Source: Syncephalis fuscata S228 (taxonomy: Eukaryota > Fungi > Zoopagomycota). Taken from it: 64,000 nt of DNA. The stretch covers positions 558,001 through 622,000 of the forward strand of contig JAHLTZ010000008.1 in NCBI GenBank assembly GCA_025786725.1, read 5' to 3'. The translations under genes and the position numbers were made by a program. Positions 50,401 to 61,907 of this stretch are shown here, piece after piece (within the stretch, counting starts at the first letter, position 1; every line of letters begins with the position of its first letter). The notes below the pieces were generated by a model, which saw nothing but the letters and a program-made list of their open reading frames with translations, was not told the origin of the DNA and ran no database searches.

Positions 50401-52446
50401 ATGAAATTCACAACACGATTGCTATGTACGCTCGTCACGTTAACATTAACAACCAACAGTTTATTCCTTAGCAGGGCAGCTGGTCTTCCCTCAGGAGTAT
50501 CCGACTTTGTGTTGTCTCAAGATGAAACGACCATTACAAGCACACCCACACCATTGTCTACGACAAAAACCGCCGCATTAGAGCTTCAAACAGAAGCACA
50601 GTCATTCAATTATGAAGTAACAGCAGGAAATACGACAAACAAACCAATTTTATACAAACGAAATGATTCAAAGTCCAATGGTGACACAAAAATACCAAAC
50701 ATTATCAATAACGAACAAACACCATCAAAAACAAATATGCAATCAAGTAAAAAAGCACACACAACAGCTGTTATGGCCCATATGGCTTCCAGTAAGGGTG
50801 GCGATGACGAAGTACACCATCTAGTCTTCGATCCTAATGACATTTGGTCTCAAATATTCTTTGCCGTTGTGGCCATCACTGGTGCATTAAACATTGCCGC
50901 CAGCTTTTACATTATCAAACATACACATCCATTGAAGAGAACAAAAAAGACAGCGGTATCAGAAAAGCGCCAAACAATGTTTCAATCCGCCGCCAGTACC
51001 GTTCGCCGCACCATGGCCAACATCCCCGCTCCATGGGTGCTCGAACAACAATTCCACGCCGGCCGACTAACGAAGCAGGAACGCGAAGAAGTGCGTCGTC
51101 ATGAGGACCATAAGCTGGCCTTTTTCACAACAACTACCGATTTGTTTGTGACCATTCTTGTGACGACCAGCATTTGCTACAGCTTTTTTACCGATGTCCT
51201 TGTCGATGGTCTACCTTGTGAGATTATCGGCTTTGCCGTCTTTGCTCTACTCCTTATGGACATCACGTTAGTGATGTTTGAATGTATTGTGATGTGGATG
51301 TCTTTCAGTCAGCCCCGTACCAATGTACCGCAGCGAACAACGCTTCAATCATGTAGCCGCTGGATATTGTTTGTTATGGTGCCATGGGTTCTTGCCGCCA
51401 TCCTATTCCCATTCGAGGCGTTTGGCCAGGATGAGTTCTGGTGCTTTGCCCAAGTGGGTCACAAGTCGGGTAAATTTGCTCTAGCCGTCACCGTTCTTTT
51501 CCACTACACTATTCTGCTTATTGTGCTTATGTGCTTTATTCCTATAATGCGCGTATCACGCCATCAACGAAAGTATGGCTCAGAAGCTGGAAAGACCACG
51601 CTATCGTCACATGAAGTCGCATCAAATCAAAGTAATGCGAAGCATATGCTGGTTCATATTCTTCACTATACACCTGGTACACTACATTCGATCGCCACTC
51701 TGTGTGGTGCCACGACCGCTTGGCTGTTCATTGTTGGTGTTGCTTTCGTCCAGTTGGGTGCAGTGATGCATGCTGTTCTTATTTGGTCCCACGAACGTCA
51801 TCGTCGTGTTGCTCGTGAGCGCCGTAACACCGATGATAGTTGGGCCAACTTGACAATGAACCGAACACTTACAAACAACAGTCAAATGACCATGAGCCGA
51901 TCCGCCACAATTGATAGTCAACGAACGATAGTTTCGAATAAGGGCTACAATCTAAGCTCAATGAAGGAGCTGTCGAGCCACAGAGCCAATGCAGTACTAC
52001 CCGCCCATTTGGTGACCAATAAGCCAATGGTTCACTTCAAAGCACCCAGTGCTGTTGCCAAACGGCCATCATTAAACCGAGAGATTGTACACAAAAAGTT
52101 GTCCACCGATAATACTAATGAGCCCTCTATCAATCGTGCTACAACTTATGATGTCGAAGACTATTCTCAGTTCCTAGATGACTATGTATCCATTGCTGAC
52201 GACAATTGTCACTCGGAACGTACATCTATAGTATCTGAAGCACCAGCACAACAGCCACAACAACAAGAACCCATATTATCGTCTATCCAGAATGATTCAA
52301 GATATACTTTTATTCCACCAAGAAACTCCAAGAAGAAGCAGCGCCCAGTTTTTACCGAGGAACCGCTTCCTATGGATTCCAACGATAGTATGCATGCACC
52401 AACGCATTCTCAGTTACAAAATAACACATCGCGTCATTATCCTTGA
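50401..52446 (+). CDS. 7TM GPCR-like receptor (Git3/cAMP-receptor-like), paralog 2, with signal peptide
   Basis: Intronless. TM2 KLAFFTTTTDL, TM3 PCEIIG, ECL2 FGQDEFWCF, TM6 HYTPGTLH. Long Ser/Thr-rich cytoplasmic tail. Confidence 0.78.
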   Translation: MKFTTRLLCTLVTLTLTTNSLFLSRAAGLPSGVSDFVLSQDETTITSTPTPLSTTKTAALELQTEAQSFNYEVTAGNTTNKPILYKRNDSKSNGDTKIPNIINNEQTPSKTNMQSSKKAHTTAVMAHMASSKGGDDEVHHLVFDPNDIWSQIFFAVVAITGALNIAASFYIIKHTHPLKRTKKTAVSEKRQTMFQSAASTVRRTMANIPAPWVLEQQFHAGRLTKQEREEVRRHEDHKLAFFTTTTDLFVTILVTTSICYSFFTDVLVDGLPCEIIGFAVFALLLMDITLVMFECIVMWMSFSQPRTNVPQRTTLQSCSRWILFVMVPWVLAAILFPFEAFGQDEFWCFAQVGHKSGKFALAVTVLFHYTILLIVLMCFIPIMRVSRHQRKYGSEAGKTTLSSHEVASNQSNAKHMLVHILHYTPGTLHSIATLCGATTAWLFIVGVAFVQLGAVMHAVLIWSHERHRRVARERRNTDDSWANLTMNRTLTNNSQMTMSRSATIDSQRTIVSNKGYNLSSMKELSSHRANAVLPAHLVTNKPMVHFKAPSAVAKRPSLNREIVHKKLSTDNTNEPSINRATTYDVEDYSQFLDDYVSIADDNCHSERTSIVSEAPAQQPQQQEPILSSIQNDSRYTFIPPRNSKKKQRPVFTEEPLPMDSNDSMHAPTHSQLQNNTSRHYP

Positions 52447-52873
52447 GATGATTCGCTAGAATATAAGCGAGGTGCAAGAAAATAAGCACTGATAAATTGA
52501 CTCTACCTCAAAACCATCGTGCTAAATTGACAGCGATCAGTTAATGTAATTACTATGTATACCAACTGCTGGATATAACTTATTGCTTAATGTCACAATG
52601 TTTACTTTTCATTTCTATATATAAATTGGTTTTTAAATGCAAACTTGTACCATCTGTATTAACTATTTTATTACAAAAACATTTGATTTATACTGATAGG
52701 CACACTAAATCATTATACGACTGGTTAAATCATATACATTCAAACTGATAAAATGACATCTGATTTATTGCTGTCCAATGATGATCGTCTATAAATAAGT
52801 GTAGTGGATACACCGAATTATAGCCATCATCGACTCAAATCGCAGACATGTAAACGTGATGTACTATGCGGAT

Positions 52874-53792
52874 TTACTCGATTTTCTTTGCCTTTTTATC
52901 TATGACAACGGGTGTCTTATAACCATAAATTTATATTAATATTACAGGCACATTTAAATAAAATATATAGTAGAACATACCGACACTTCGGCCATGGTCG
53001 ACAAGTCCAAAATCATAACGTGGGTGCGGGTAAGAATGCTGCAAACGGCCAATATCATTAAATAGCACTAATAGATGAAGCAATAGCAACTTACAAAGAC
53101 ATAAACAGAGTAAAGCCGGTCAAATAACTATAGGCCAATGTTATTAATATTCTATTGTGATCAAGTAACAATAGTTATATTGCACCGATTACTTACACGT
53201 TACGCTGAGCATAAAACTTGTTGGCGTGCATAGATGCTATGGCACTGGCATCAGTCTTCATGTCTGCACCTAGTTTCTCTGCCTCGTTTGATAGTGAAAT
53301 CATTCGGTTTACTGCATCTAAAGTTGTGTTGTTGTTAATACAATGGAAAATGATTATATACAAATCAGCTTACCGACAAACAGAATCATCACGCCACTAT
53401 AGCCAATATCAAATAAATAAATAAAATTACTATTTGATATTATATTACTTACACCAAAGCGATTTTTATGCCATGCACTAAATGTGCTACCTAAATGCCC
53501 AGATTGTCGTAGATTGTTAAAAATAGGCTGACAAGTACTGTTTTTACTTACCGTCCGCGAAGTTGAGACAAATCTCAGCGTCTTGACTCGCCAGGCATTA
53601 GGCAGTGGTAGCTGTAGAGTACTGTTAGTCAAGATCAACAATAGTATAGCGTCGCTTTTACTTACCGTGAGCAGAAGAAAGAATACCATCTAGTCAAGCA
53701 AGCGGCATGATTAATGCTATTTGTAGTATTGCTTATTGTCCTCCTACCTCGGTCACTAGCATACCGAATACTAATGTATAGTGAAGTGCCAT
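52874..53792 (-). CDS. BAP29/BAP31 (Yet) family ER membrane protein, short form
   Basis: Nine small exons give MALHYTLVFGMLVTEMVFFLLLTLPLP...LFVDAVNRM...KFYAQRNVYLTGFTLFMS...DKKAKKIE*, ending in a KKxx ER-retrieval signal. Confidence 0.9.
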
Positions 53793-54793
53793 GGTTAATT
53801 GTTTTGTGTGATTGCTTGTAGCAAGTTCAAAAGAATAAAACTGGAAAAGATACTATTTGATGAAGACGACTAATAAAAACGGCTATATTGTTAGTTCTGA
53901 GACTTTGAATCAGCAATAGATAAGTAATGACGTATACAATTGAAACATATAATGAATCACTCATTTTTATATATTATCACATGTAATATTGAAACCATAT
54001 GCCGAGATGTTTTAATGGCTATTTCGTCAGTGTGTTATTATTTACATTAAAAAGTGTTTAATATTTGAATTCAATGGATTCTATTATTATATTCTAATTT
54101 AAATGTAATGAGACTATGATACTTGGTTTGAAATTACATTTTGGTATATGTATCTAATAAATTGAAATATTAACAAATTGAGACTCATACTGGACTAAAT
54201 TTTGTTTGGTGAACATATCACAACGTAATTTATTATTTGGTAATATATTGTCGTGCATCGATATGTATTGGTAACTGATTGCCGCAGATTGTAGCGGAGC
54301 TCCAATATATATATTGTACTAATTGACCTTTAATAGCCATTAGAAATAACAATAGTACATTTTATAATGATCATGTGTAATAAAAATAATAAATAGCGCA
54401 ATCTAAAATACTATATTGCAAATTAATGGCGAATTTACTTGCATTATAGCTCCAACAAAGCTATTGATAAATTTTTGTTGTACATTCATTCAATTATACC
54501 ATTTTATTCTGTAACAATTACACACTACTTATAACCATAGTTTGCAATAATAATAATAATAATTTTACTTTAAACTTAAATGGTTACGAAAAATATACAA
54601 TTGAACTTAAAAATTAAATTTAAATGTAGATACTTTTTATGACAATTTGAATATTCGAAATACGTAATATAAAATTATTTATTACTTTGTATTAAATAAT
54701 GGATTTATTTCAAAATTATTGCAAGTTTGGGCTATTGGTTATGACAATAGCAATAATACTTGTTTGTATTTGGTTAATCCAAAGTTGATTATG

Positions 54794-56386
54794 TTATAGC
54801 ATAGCAAAAATAGAGACTATGACCGTGGTCCACAACAGGACGGACAATGATGTGTTACCGAGTGTACTTGAAACGCTATTAGTAGCGTTCATTTCCATAG
54901 CAATAGGAGCTGGATTCTTATTGACCTTATAACCAAGAGTCTCTAGTATAGCCAGCAGCTTGGGTCCCATTGGACCACCGGCATAATTGCCAGTATCGGC
55001 CACATCATCTTTAAGCAAAGTACCTGCATCTTGCAAGTAACGCATTAGAAAATCGGCTGATTTCGAATAAGTTGGATAGGAAACGTGGGCGATCGATGAC
55101 TCTGGAGAAAAGCCAGTAGGAAGGTTAGTCTCAAGTACAATAACATCTTCCTTGGTCTTGCCGTTTTTAGGCATAAATCCAATCTTGCCAGCTGTAGTAG
55201 AGATATTAAGCATATATTGAGCCATTGCGTATTCAGGCGAGCGTGTTAGCGTGTCGATAAATTCAAACTGGCTACTGTATATAGTGCCAACACCATGATT
55301 AAATCCGTTTAAAGCCTTGGTAATTTTAGGGATTGTTGACAAACTAGGAAGTTCAACCAAATAGCGATCAAAAGCATTCTCAAAAAATCCGCTAAACTGG
55401 AACTGTGCCGAGGGATCATTAATTGAATTGGCCGGCAATGGATTGGGTGTTAACGCTGTTATTTGCTCGTTGACATAATCTTTCCAGCTTGTGGTAAATC
55501 CCAAGCCATGAATCAGCTCATGAACAGCAACAAAAAGAAAATCAGATTGTTTTCCTTTAATTTGGCCATCACCATCAAACCAGAAGTTGGCATCTGAATT
55601 GAATTCAGCCACAATATCGTATTTATCGTAGGCTGGATGAGTTTGTGAGGGAAGCTGTTTGATCAATGACTGCGGATATACACGTGAAATACCATCACTA
55701 TCTTTTATAATCATGGTTCGTGCGGGTGCTGCTTTGCCTATAACGCGACCATTTGCTATCAGTAACATTGACTACACTCTTTGTAATGATAGCAACTTAC
55801 CCAAAGGCTGTTTACCATCCTTAATACAATGGTTGATTCGTTTACAAAAGTTAAAAATGGTTGCATTGACAACAAGTGGCGCATCCAAAATAAGAACATT
55901 GCTAATAATACGAGACGCCATATTAAACGCCTTTTTAGCTTTGTCGCAAATATTATTGCTATTGTCGTCAAGACAGTTCATTTCAACGGTAAAAGAAGGC
56001 TTTGCGGCAGCACCATCGGCCGATCTAAGAAATTTGCCACCGATTGCTTTAGGCACAAACACAGTTTTTTCTTCTTTACATGGTACCATAACACGTTCTA
56101 TAGATTCAGAAGATGTACCAGGCCCAAGACAGATTGCACCCTGTTTTAAAATAGAGAATAAAGATGGCTGTTGAGGCACTGCAGAAGTGGTTGTTGTGTT
56201 GGTATCTGCCTTTTGCACTTCTGGCTTCTTAATGCCATAGTAGACACCAAGACGGCGAACGGTACCGCATGATTCCCAGGAAATAGCCTCGTTGGCCTGT
56301 GTCACAGACACAGTACTTGAACTGAGTAAACAAATTAGCAGGAGAAGCAATGTCATTGTAAAAGGCACTGAAATCAATCGTGCCAT
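54794..56386 (-). CDS. Secreted/anchored zinc metalloprotease-like protein
   Basis: Signal peptide from ATG 56386, Cys-containing N-terminal region, YDIVAEFNS, HELIHGLGF zinc motif, distal SSIAH, FLMRY, hydrophobic C-terminal anchor. One intron near 55800-55738. Confidence 0.8.
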
Positions 56387-57377
56387 TTTCGAGTTACGAC
56401 AGCGGTGAGATGATGATGATGATAATGATGATGATGGCCGATTAGAGGTGATACATGTTGTAGTGTTATTATTACTATTCTTAGAAACAAGTCTAGACGA
56501 TGACACTAAGTAAGAGTCGACAAAAGTACGACTCTGCAGTTGGACCATAACGATAGTCGTTTATCGTTGGTAGATTGTGGTATGATCGATAACAAACCTG
56601 TATTTGTTGATAATGTGTTTAATTATTAACAACCACTTGACAGGGAGTCGTCGATACAGTCGCTATTTTCTCTTCACCGTTAAGCGCTGCAATAATGTTA
56701 ATGACTAGCTAAAACACTGGTACTGAAAGAGTGTAATTGTATTGCTATCTAAGCTTTTTGCCATGCACAACACATGAATTCTCTGTACTATTATTACCAG
56801 CGATTGATTAGCAACTATACAGCAAAGACTCAGTAGAAGACGACCTCGTAAACAAAATCACGCGCATACACTTCCAATGGCTATAGAATAATTGTATAAA
56901 GGGCTACACCAGGTAGAATACAGGCAAGTGGCGTAATGACTAAAGAATGCGGGCCTGCCGGTCAGAGAACAGAACAGAAATAAATGAATCGATAATGCCA
57001 AGAAATAGCAAAATGAATGTGGCAAATAAGAAAACAATATAATGGCCAACGGCCAAGTAAATGTTCGTGTAATCAACGCTATCGCAGCTGCTGTGTGATG
57101 TAAAGGAGAGTAAAAAGGATAGAGTGAGTAGGCGGTGAAGTAAAAGTAAGAGAAAGAATGAAAAGTGTACTGGCTAGCAATAAAAATAGGCCAAGTTTAG
57201 CCTGGCAATGATGGTAAGTAATGACGATAAATGAACGAGAGTAGCATTTACAGGAAGCACCTGCAGCCACCTTTACCCACACTTGTTACTTGTTACACAA
57301 TTGCTTTCAGATACACAATTAGCACGGTAAATGTGGCATCGTACCACCATCACTGTATACTATGTTTGATATTGTCT

Positions 57378-57468
57378 GTGTGTGTATGTATGTGTATGTA
57401 TGTGTAATGCGTATACGTGAGTGCGTATATGTGTCTGTGTCTCTCTCTCTGTGTGTGTGTGTGTGTGT
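57378..57468. repeat. Compound (GT/GTAT/CT)n microsatellite
   Basis: tgtgtgtatgtatgtgtatg...tctctctctctgtgtgtgtgtgtgtgtg. Confidence 0.85.
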
Positions 57469-58908
57469 GAGTGCGTGGCAAGGGAGTGTAAAAAGGTTGC
57501 GCTGTTTGAAAGCATGGATGTGGAATAAATAGAAATAGAAACAAATGCTCCCCTTTGACAAAGAAGGTGAAACACCGCCGCATGCCAGACTGCCTATTTA
57601 TCCATAGTTGTTTTACTATTACTATTCTACTTATCGCTATAATAACAGTATATTTTATGACAATTTACTGCTACTTAATAGTGCTACTATGGTATTAAGT
57701 AGAATATTCCAAGGAAATAGAGGAAAGATGCCAAAGTTTCACTGCTTACCTTGCTTTAGCCAGTATCGTGCTGGTGTCTATCTAATTTACGTACTCTAAA
57801 TAAATATATAGGATGGCCAGTGCTTAATAGACGCAATAATACTAGTAGCTATAGTATAGATGTTACTGTTATTACTATTGCTACTACTAATACTGCTGCT
57901 ATTAATACGACTACGATGAAAATGACGCAGTTTGGTATAAAAGCGCCTGTTGGCAGCCAGGTAAAATATAGTGTTGTATAGTGCGTGTATCAATAATCCT
58001 ATCAATATTGTCGAGTCAAACCCGATTAAATTGATAATACGTTGACTGTTTGGCCACTTGATACACGTCGCAGTGACGTAGATATATGCCAATATCTACT
58101 GCTTGGCATAAGTTGTGCACTCGTGGTGGCAATAGTAGTAATATAAAAGTAAAAATGTGGAATTCAACTACTAGAATAATAATATTTATGTAGACGCATA
58201 AAAGGGCCAAAGTAGAAGTAAAGACTGTAGATGAGCAACCACCAGCAATCTACGCCTAGTCCTGCCCACAAAAAGAAAAAACAACTGATAACCGGTCAAT
58301 GGTATGTATGTGAGTAGGTTTGAAGTGTCTGAAACGGAGAAAGAGGACTAGAGATATTATTGTGTTGTGCGTATATATTTGTACAATATAAAATGAGCCC
58401 GTGGTGAAGTATCTGTAAAAGTAAAAACAAAGCGGAACTAAAAGACTTGTATGGACCAGATCTGTATGGTCATTTATCTGCATATATACTAAATAAGCAG
58501 CCACCATGTGTGTGTATATCAAGGAGAGATTCGACCATCATTGATAAGTAGGCATGCAGTACTGCATATGCAATTGATAAAATCACAAGTAGATCTTGGT
58601 GAGCATGTCATTTTATACTGGTTAGGCCGTTTTTATGTTATTATGATGGCATCAACTAGTTAAATTGACTACTAATAAACACTAAACGTATTTACATTTG
58701 TGGTGTGGTGTGAGACAGAGACAGAGACCAATTAGATTAACATGTGATGGCTCGGATATTGAAGTGTCCATTAATCGTTTATTCATTGCTAATAGTACAC
58801 TGAACAACAACGGATACGAATCAACACCTACTTACTTCCCTTTCTTTACAACTATTCTTTTAAGGTTTAACAGCAAGCGTGTATATAATAACTATTACGG
58901 CGACCAAT

Positions 58909-60424
58909 ATGTGGAATCTATTACGCGATTATGAAACGTTTTTGTTGAACAATGCATCGCAAATCAGTAGTATTGAAAGTAGTCTTCGGTCCTTTACTTA
59001 TATTCTACCAGGCCGATTCCACGATGCAGAACTGGCCTCTGAAAGTTGTAAGTAGCTATATATATATAGTGTTAAACATGTATTAATGTATCTATACACA
59101 TGAACATGGCAGTATTTGCTTTTTTGAATCTTATAGGTCTTTATCACGATGCGGTGATACGTCAGGCATTAGCGACGCGTCGACATCGCGTGGCTAGTTT
59201 ACCTGGCACACCAGCAACAGATCTTGCAGAGCGTCCACCCACCGATCCTATTGCTCAACATAATGTGTACACACGTGCACTATGGCAATCCGATAATGCT
59301 CGCTACTTATCTTTGATACTTACGCTGGTTAAAACAACAGAAGTAACGGCAGAAATGCTCGTGCGACGACGATGGGGCAATGATGCGCGTTGGCGTCTTG
59401 TTATAGCCATTGAAGCTATAAAGGCGGCACTCCGTCTAGTGTTGCTGCGACAATCTGATCAACGCACGCTATTATCACCGCCACATCCTGTACGTGAAGT
59501 CGATCCAGCGATGGTTGAAGAGGTAGCCCATGAAATGCAGTTAGATGAAGAGCATCAAGGTCGTTCAACAGCAACAGCATCATCATTAAGTGAAGATGGT
59601 CGGGATAGTCGTAGTGTTAACGCTACATGGAAGGGACATCGAACAGGCAAACAAATACCGCAATTAGCCTCTGTTATGACAGGATCTAAGGGCAGAAATG
59701 ATGCTTTTGGTGGATTAGATCAGTTACTAGGTGGTGGTGGATCAAGGGATGATGGAGTAACTGACTTTTTGTTAAATAAAGTATTACGCGTTGAGGATGT
59801 ATTAGGTCCGTTACAGTTGGTACGACCACGTCGTGGTTTGCATCTACTAGGAGAATGGCTATTTATTCTACGCCCAGTTATTTATGGTAAGCTAATGGAT
59901 GATTACAATAATGGCTAACCTCAACATTCGACTAGTAATGGCTATTCGTCGATATGGATTGGGAGCGTGGCGTCCATGGCTTGCGTCATTCTTTATTGAA
60001 TTACTTGCTTATAAGGCTGCGACACAACAGCGTAAAGGTGAATCTATGGCAACAACGCTTGAACAGGATGAATTCTCTCGGCGTAAACGATTATTCCTTT
60101 TATATATGCTACGTAGCCCCTTCTACTACCGTTATACAAAGTAAGTATACAATTATTTATTTAGTTTTTGTTTGCTAATCAACAAATAGATCACGCGTGG
60201 ATGGTGTTCGTAACTGGCTATCCTCTAAACCGCTGCTTTCACTTATTGGATGTAAGTTTATTATTACAATGATGATGATTAGTTATTGAATAGTATGACG
60301 ATAATAGCAATTATTGGTAATTATCAACCGCTGTGGGAATCCCTTTACTTTTACAGTAAGTCATAGTAAATTTGTAACCAGTAATATAGCTGATGAATAC
60401 ATATCTACAGCTTCTGGATCGTAA
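58909..60424 (+). CDS. PEX16: Peroxin 16
   Basis: YETFLLNNASQISSIESSLRSFTYILPGRFHDAELASES, LIGLYHD, EMLVRRRWG...IEAIKAALRL, GEWLFILRPVIY, YMLRSPFY, NYQPLWESLYFYT. Confidence 0.95.
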
Positions 60425-61228
60425 TTATACCTTACAATACACATCAATAATACGCCTATTAAACTTGTTTCCATTGATATGTTGGATTGATATAAACATA
60501 TGTCTAAAATGTTGTAGGGCCACGATGGTAGATAGTATTGTTTATTGCTTAATATCATAAACTAAATGTACAGTTGTTAAATGTTATTAAATAGCAATAT
60601 ACTAATTAATAAAGCTATCGTGTATTTAACATTAACGACAAATAGTTACTATCAGCCAAATTAATGTGCTAATAAAACTCATATATTGTGGTAAAAAGTA
60701 AAAGTTTTTCATTATTAAAAAAAGGTATATCCCGTGCATTCTCCGGCTTACACTGGCCATTTCACCAAGGTGAGGCCAATATAATATTGGTAAAATATAC
60801 GGCAGGGCATAGTTATGCCAACTCTCGACAACGGGAACGCGTGACAAGCGATGGGAATTCGAATCTATAATAGAAGACGCATCGGCACGAATCTGTGTTG
60901 CCTGATTTGGATTTTTGTTCAAAGAAAAAAAGATTCTGTAATATGGCACCAAGCCACACTAGAGTCCTATTGTTTAATGTGATTATGGGACTGACGGTGT
61001 CTCCGTCACAATTTTATTTATTTATTATTTGACACCTGTTACTTTCAAATAGTAATATATTAGTAGTTTTAAAAAACATTTACTATTATACTACTATGAT
61101 AGTAATCTATGCATTTTATGTTTAATTGCCTTCAATAGATATATGTAAAACAACGATTAAATCAAATATATTTACGTATTATCTTGTTTATTTAATTACT
61201 GTATTTATTATTTGCAATCTATTGGCAA

Positions 61229-61651
61229 CTAATCAATAGCTAAATATCGATGGATAGAATCATTTAATGGCAAAGTACGGCGTGGCTTGCCATTAACTCG
61301 AGTTTTATCAATTGGTATACCCACTGGATCTATCGAATTTGATAATAATTGATTGGATGATAAGCATGGTTTGCTAGATGAATAAAGTGCACTAGATGAT
61401 TTTCCAGTTGTTTTACAGGTACTTGTAGCAGTAAAGTCATTGTCATTGTTTGCTACTGCTTTGAACACAGTATTATTTTTTGAAATACAACTAGAATAGT
61501 CCATAGAATAGCTAGATGAGCCTGTAGCAGTGTATAATATTGAGGCTGTTCTATCTAATATATCATTGATGGCGTCCTTTTTTGAATGCTCAATTGACCT
61601 TCTCGTCTTGCTATCAGCTGTTGATGCCAGTAGTCGACTCGCTTTGTCCAT
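61229..61651 (-). CDS. Hypothetical Ser-rich protein
   Basis: 140-aa open frame from an ATG, divergent from EXO84. No recognised domain. Confidence 0.4.
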   Translation of the reverse strand: MDKASRLLASTADSKTRRSIEHSKKDAINDILDRTASILYTATGSSSYSMDYSSCISKNNTVFKAVANNDNDFTATSTCKTTGKSSSALYSSSKPCLSSNQLLSNSIDPVGIPIDKTRVNGKPRRTLPLNDSIHRYLAID

Positions 61652-61907
61652 GTCATATCGGATAATGCAGGAAAAGTCATAGCTTGTATTCTAGTGTTTA
61701 TATGCTTATATGAATGAATGAACAAAGTGTGTAACATAGTAACTAATTCCTTCTCTTCGCCATCACACCACGATTATACTTGGTCTAACTTATTTTAAAC
61801 AACACAGTCAACACTGCTCTACTTACCACCATCAATTAACCAAGTGTATAGCCAGTTGCTAGTCTACTAAACGTGTATCTACCAAAGACAGCGTAGCTGT
61901 GCTGGCC

